A stretch of DNA of 25,716 bases. Source: Acidobacteriota bacterium. GTDB lineage: Bacteria > Acidobacteriota > DATKUA01 > JAFGBY01. Of this stretch, positions 25,527-25,716 are shown piece by piece. The notes beneath the pieces are model-generated. The model saw nothing but the letters and a program-made list of their open reading frames with translations. It ran no database searches and had not been told where the DNA came from. Position 1 is the stretch's first letter. Each line of letters starts with the position of its first letter. The translations under genes were made by a program, and so were the position numbers. The DNA lies in contig JAFGBY010000169.1 in NCBI GenBank assembly GCA_016932915.1, forward strand, positions 1 to 25,716, read 5' to 3'.

Positions 25527-25716
25527 CTCTTTTGTTAGACTATCATTATAAATCGCACCCTTTTTATCAATGATTATTTTTTGAAGCAATTCTAGATTGT
25601 TTTTTAAATTAGCAATATCAGCAGTTACATTTTTTCTTGTTTGTGAATCTACTTTTCGATCAAATTTTGAAGGTAAATAATTATTTATTAAGTATAAAAT
25701 GTATTCTACAGTTTGA
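25527..25716 (-). CDS. Partial ORF (C-terminal 63 codons) of a gene whose start lies beyond the window end
   Basis: An open frame runs in from the window edge and ends at a TAG (plus 25524-25526). The region is very AT-rich and low-complexity. There is no start codon in the window, so it is absent from the ORF track. Confidence 0.25.

Noticed and set aside
1-25716. Search for a CRISPR array, tRNA/rRNA, IS elements, integrase, or attachment-site direct repeats flanking the GC-rich block.
   Set aside because: I found no regularly spaced direct repeats, no cloverleaf-like GC-rich 75-90 nt segment in intergenic DNA, and no transposase or integrase motifs (DDE, tyrosine recombinase R..HxxR..Y) in any frame. 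Flanking direct repeats cannot be excluded without computation.

Overview
This 25.7 kb window is a densely coding bacterial chromosomal segment with 21 complete CDSs and one C-terminal fragment. The last 220 bp lack a scored ORF and hold only a weakly supported partial ORF (25527..25716, minus strand) running off the window edge. I saw no rRNA, tRNA, CRISPR array, transposase or integrase. The organism looks like a low-GC diderm bacterium, possibly FCB-group-like (inference). The clues are lipobox lipoproteins, many TPR proteins, KpsF, and a DPP III-like peptidase with a Caldithrix-type HEXXH pentapeptide motif.

Housekeeping genes I recognise confidently: accA, recJ, trxB, rarA, kpsF/kdsD, a TrmH/SpoU-family RNA methyltransferase, and a PP2C/SpoIIE-type phosphatase.

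There are two glycan-related clusters:
- An AT-rich block (about 2.5-7.7 kb) with two tandem, translationally coupled GT4 glycosyltransferases. It is flanked by a transglutaminase-like TPR lipoprotein and by a 977-aa membrane protein that combines an SPFH/band-7-like domain, an AlkP-superfamily type I phosphodiesterase domain and TPR repeats.
- A compositionally distinct, much more GC-rich block (about 17.9-25.5 kb) holding rarA, the TrmH-like gene and a tightly packed operon. The operon is rfbB (dTDP-glucose 4,6-dehydratase), two paralogous Rmd/Fcd-like NDP-4-keto-6-deoxyhexose reductases, an SDR epimerase/reductase, and an unusual fused membrane protein. The fusion has an N-terminal CTP-dependent prenol-kinase-like domain (VTE5/Sec59/CdsA family) and a C-terminal DUF92 (VTE6/TMEM19-like) domain.

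Candidates for something undescribed:
- A co-oriented pair on the minus strand, a THUMP-less ThiI-like PP-loop ATPase followed by a short radical SAM/SPASM enzyme, immediately upstream of kpsF.
- The fused prenol-kinase/DUF92 gene at the end of the deoxysugar operon.
- The SPFH-phosphodiesterase-TPR architecture.
- Two promoters in the GC-rich block (rarA and rfbB) that each carry a TATCAC/GTGATA inverted repeat inside the -35/-10 spacer. This suggests a shared operator.

All functional calls come from motifs I read directly in the translated ORFs. I ran no database search.
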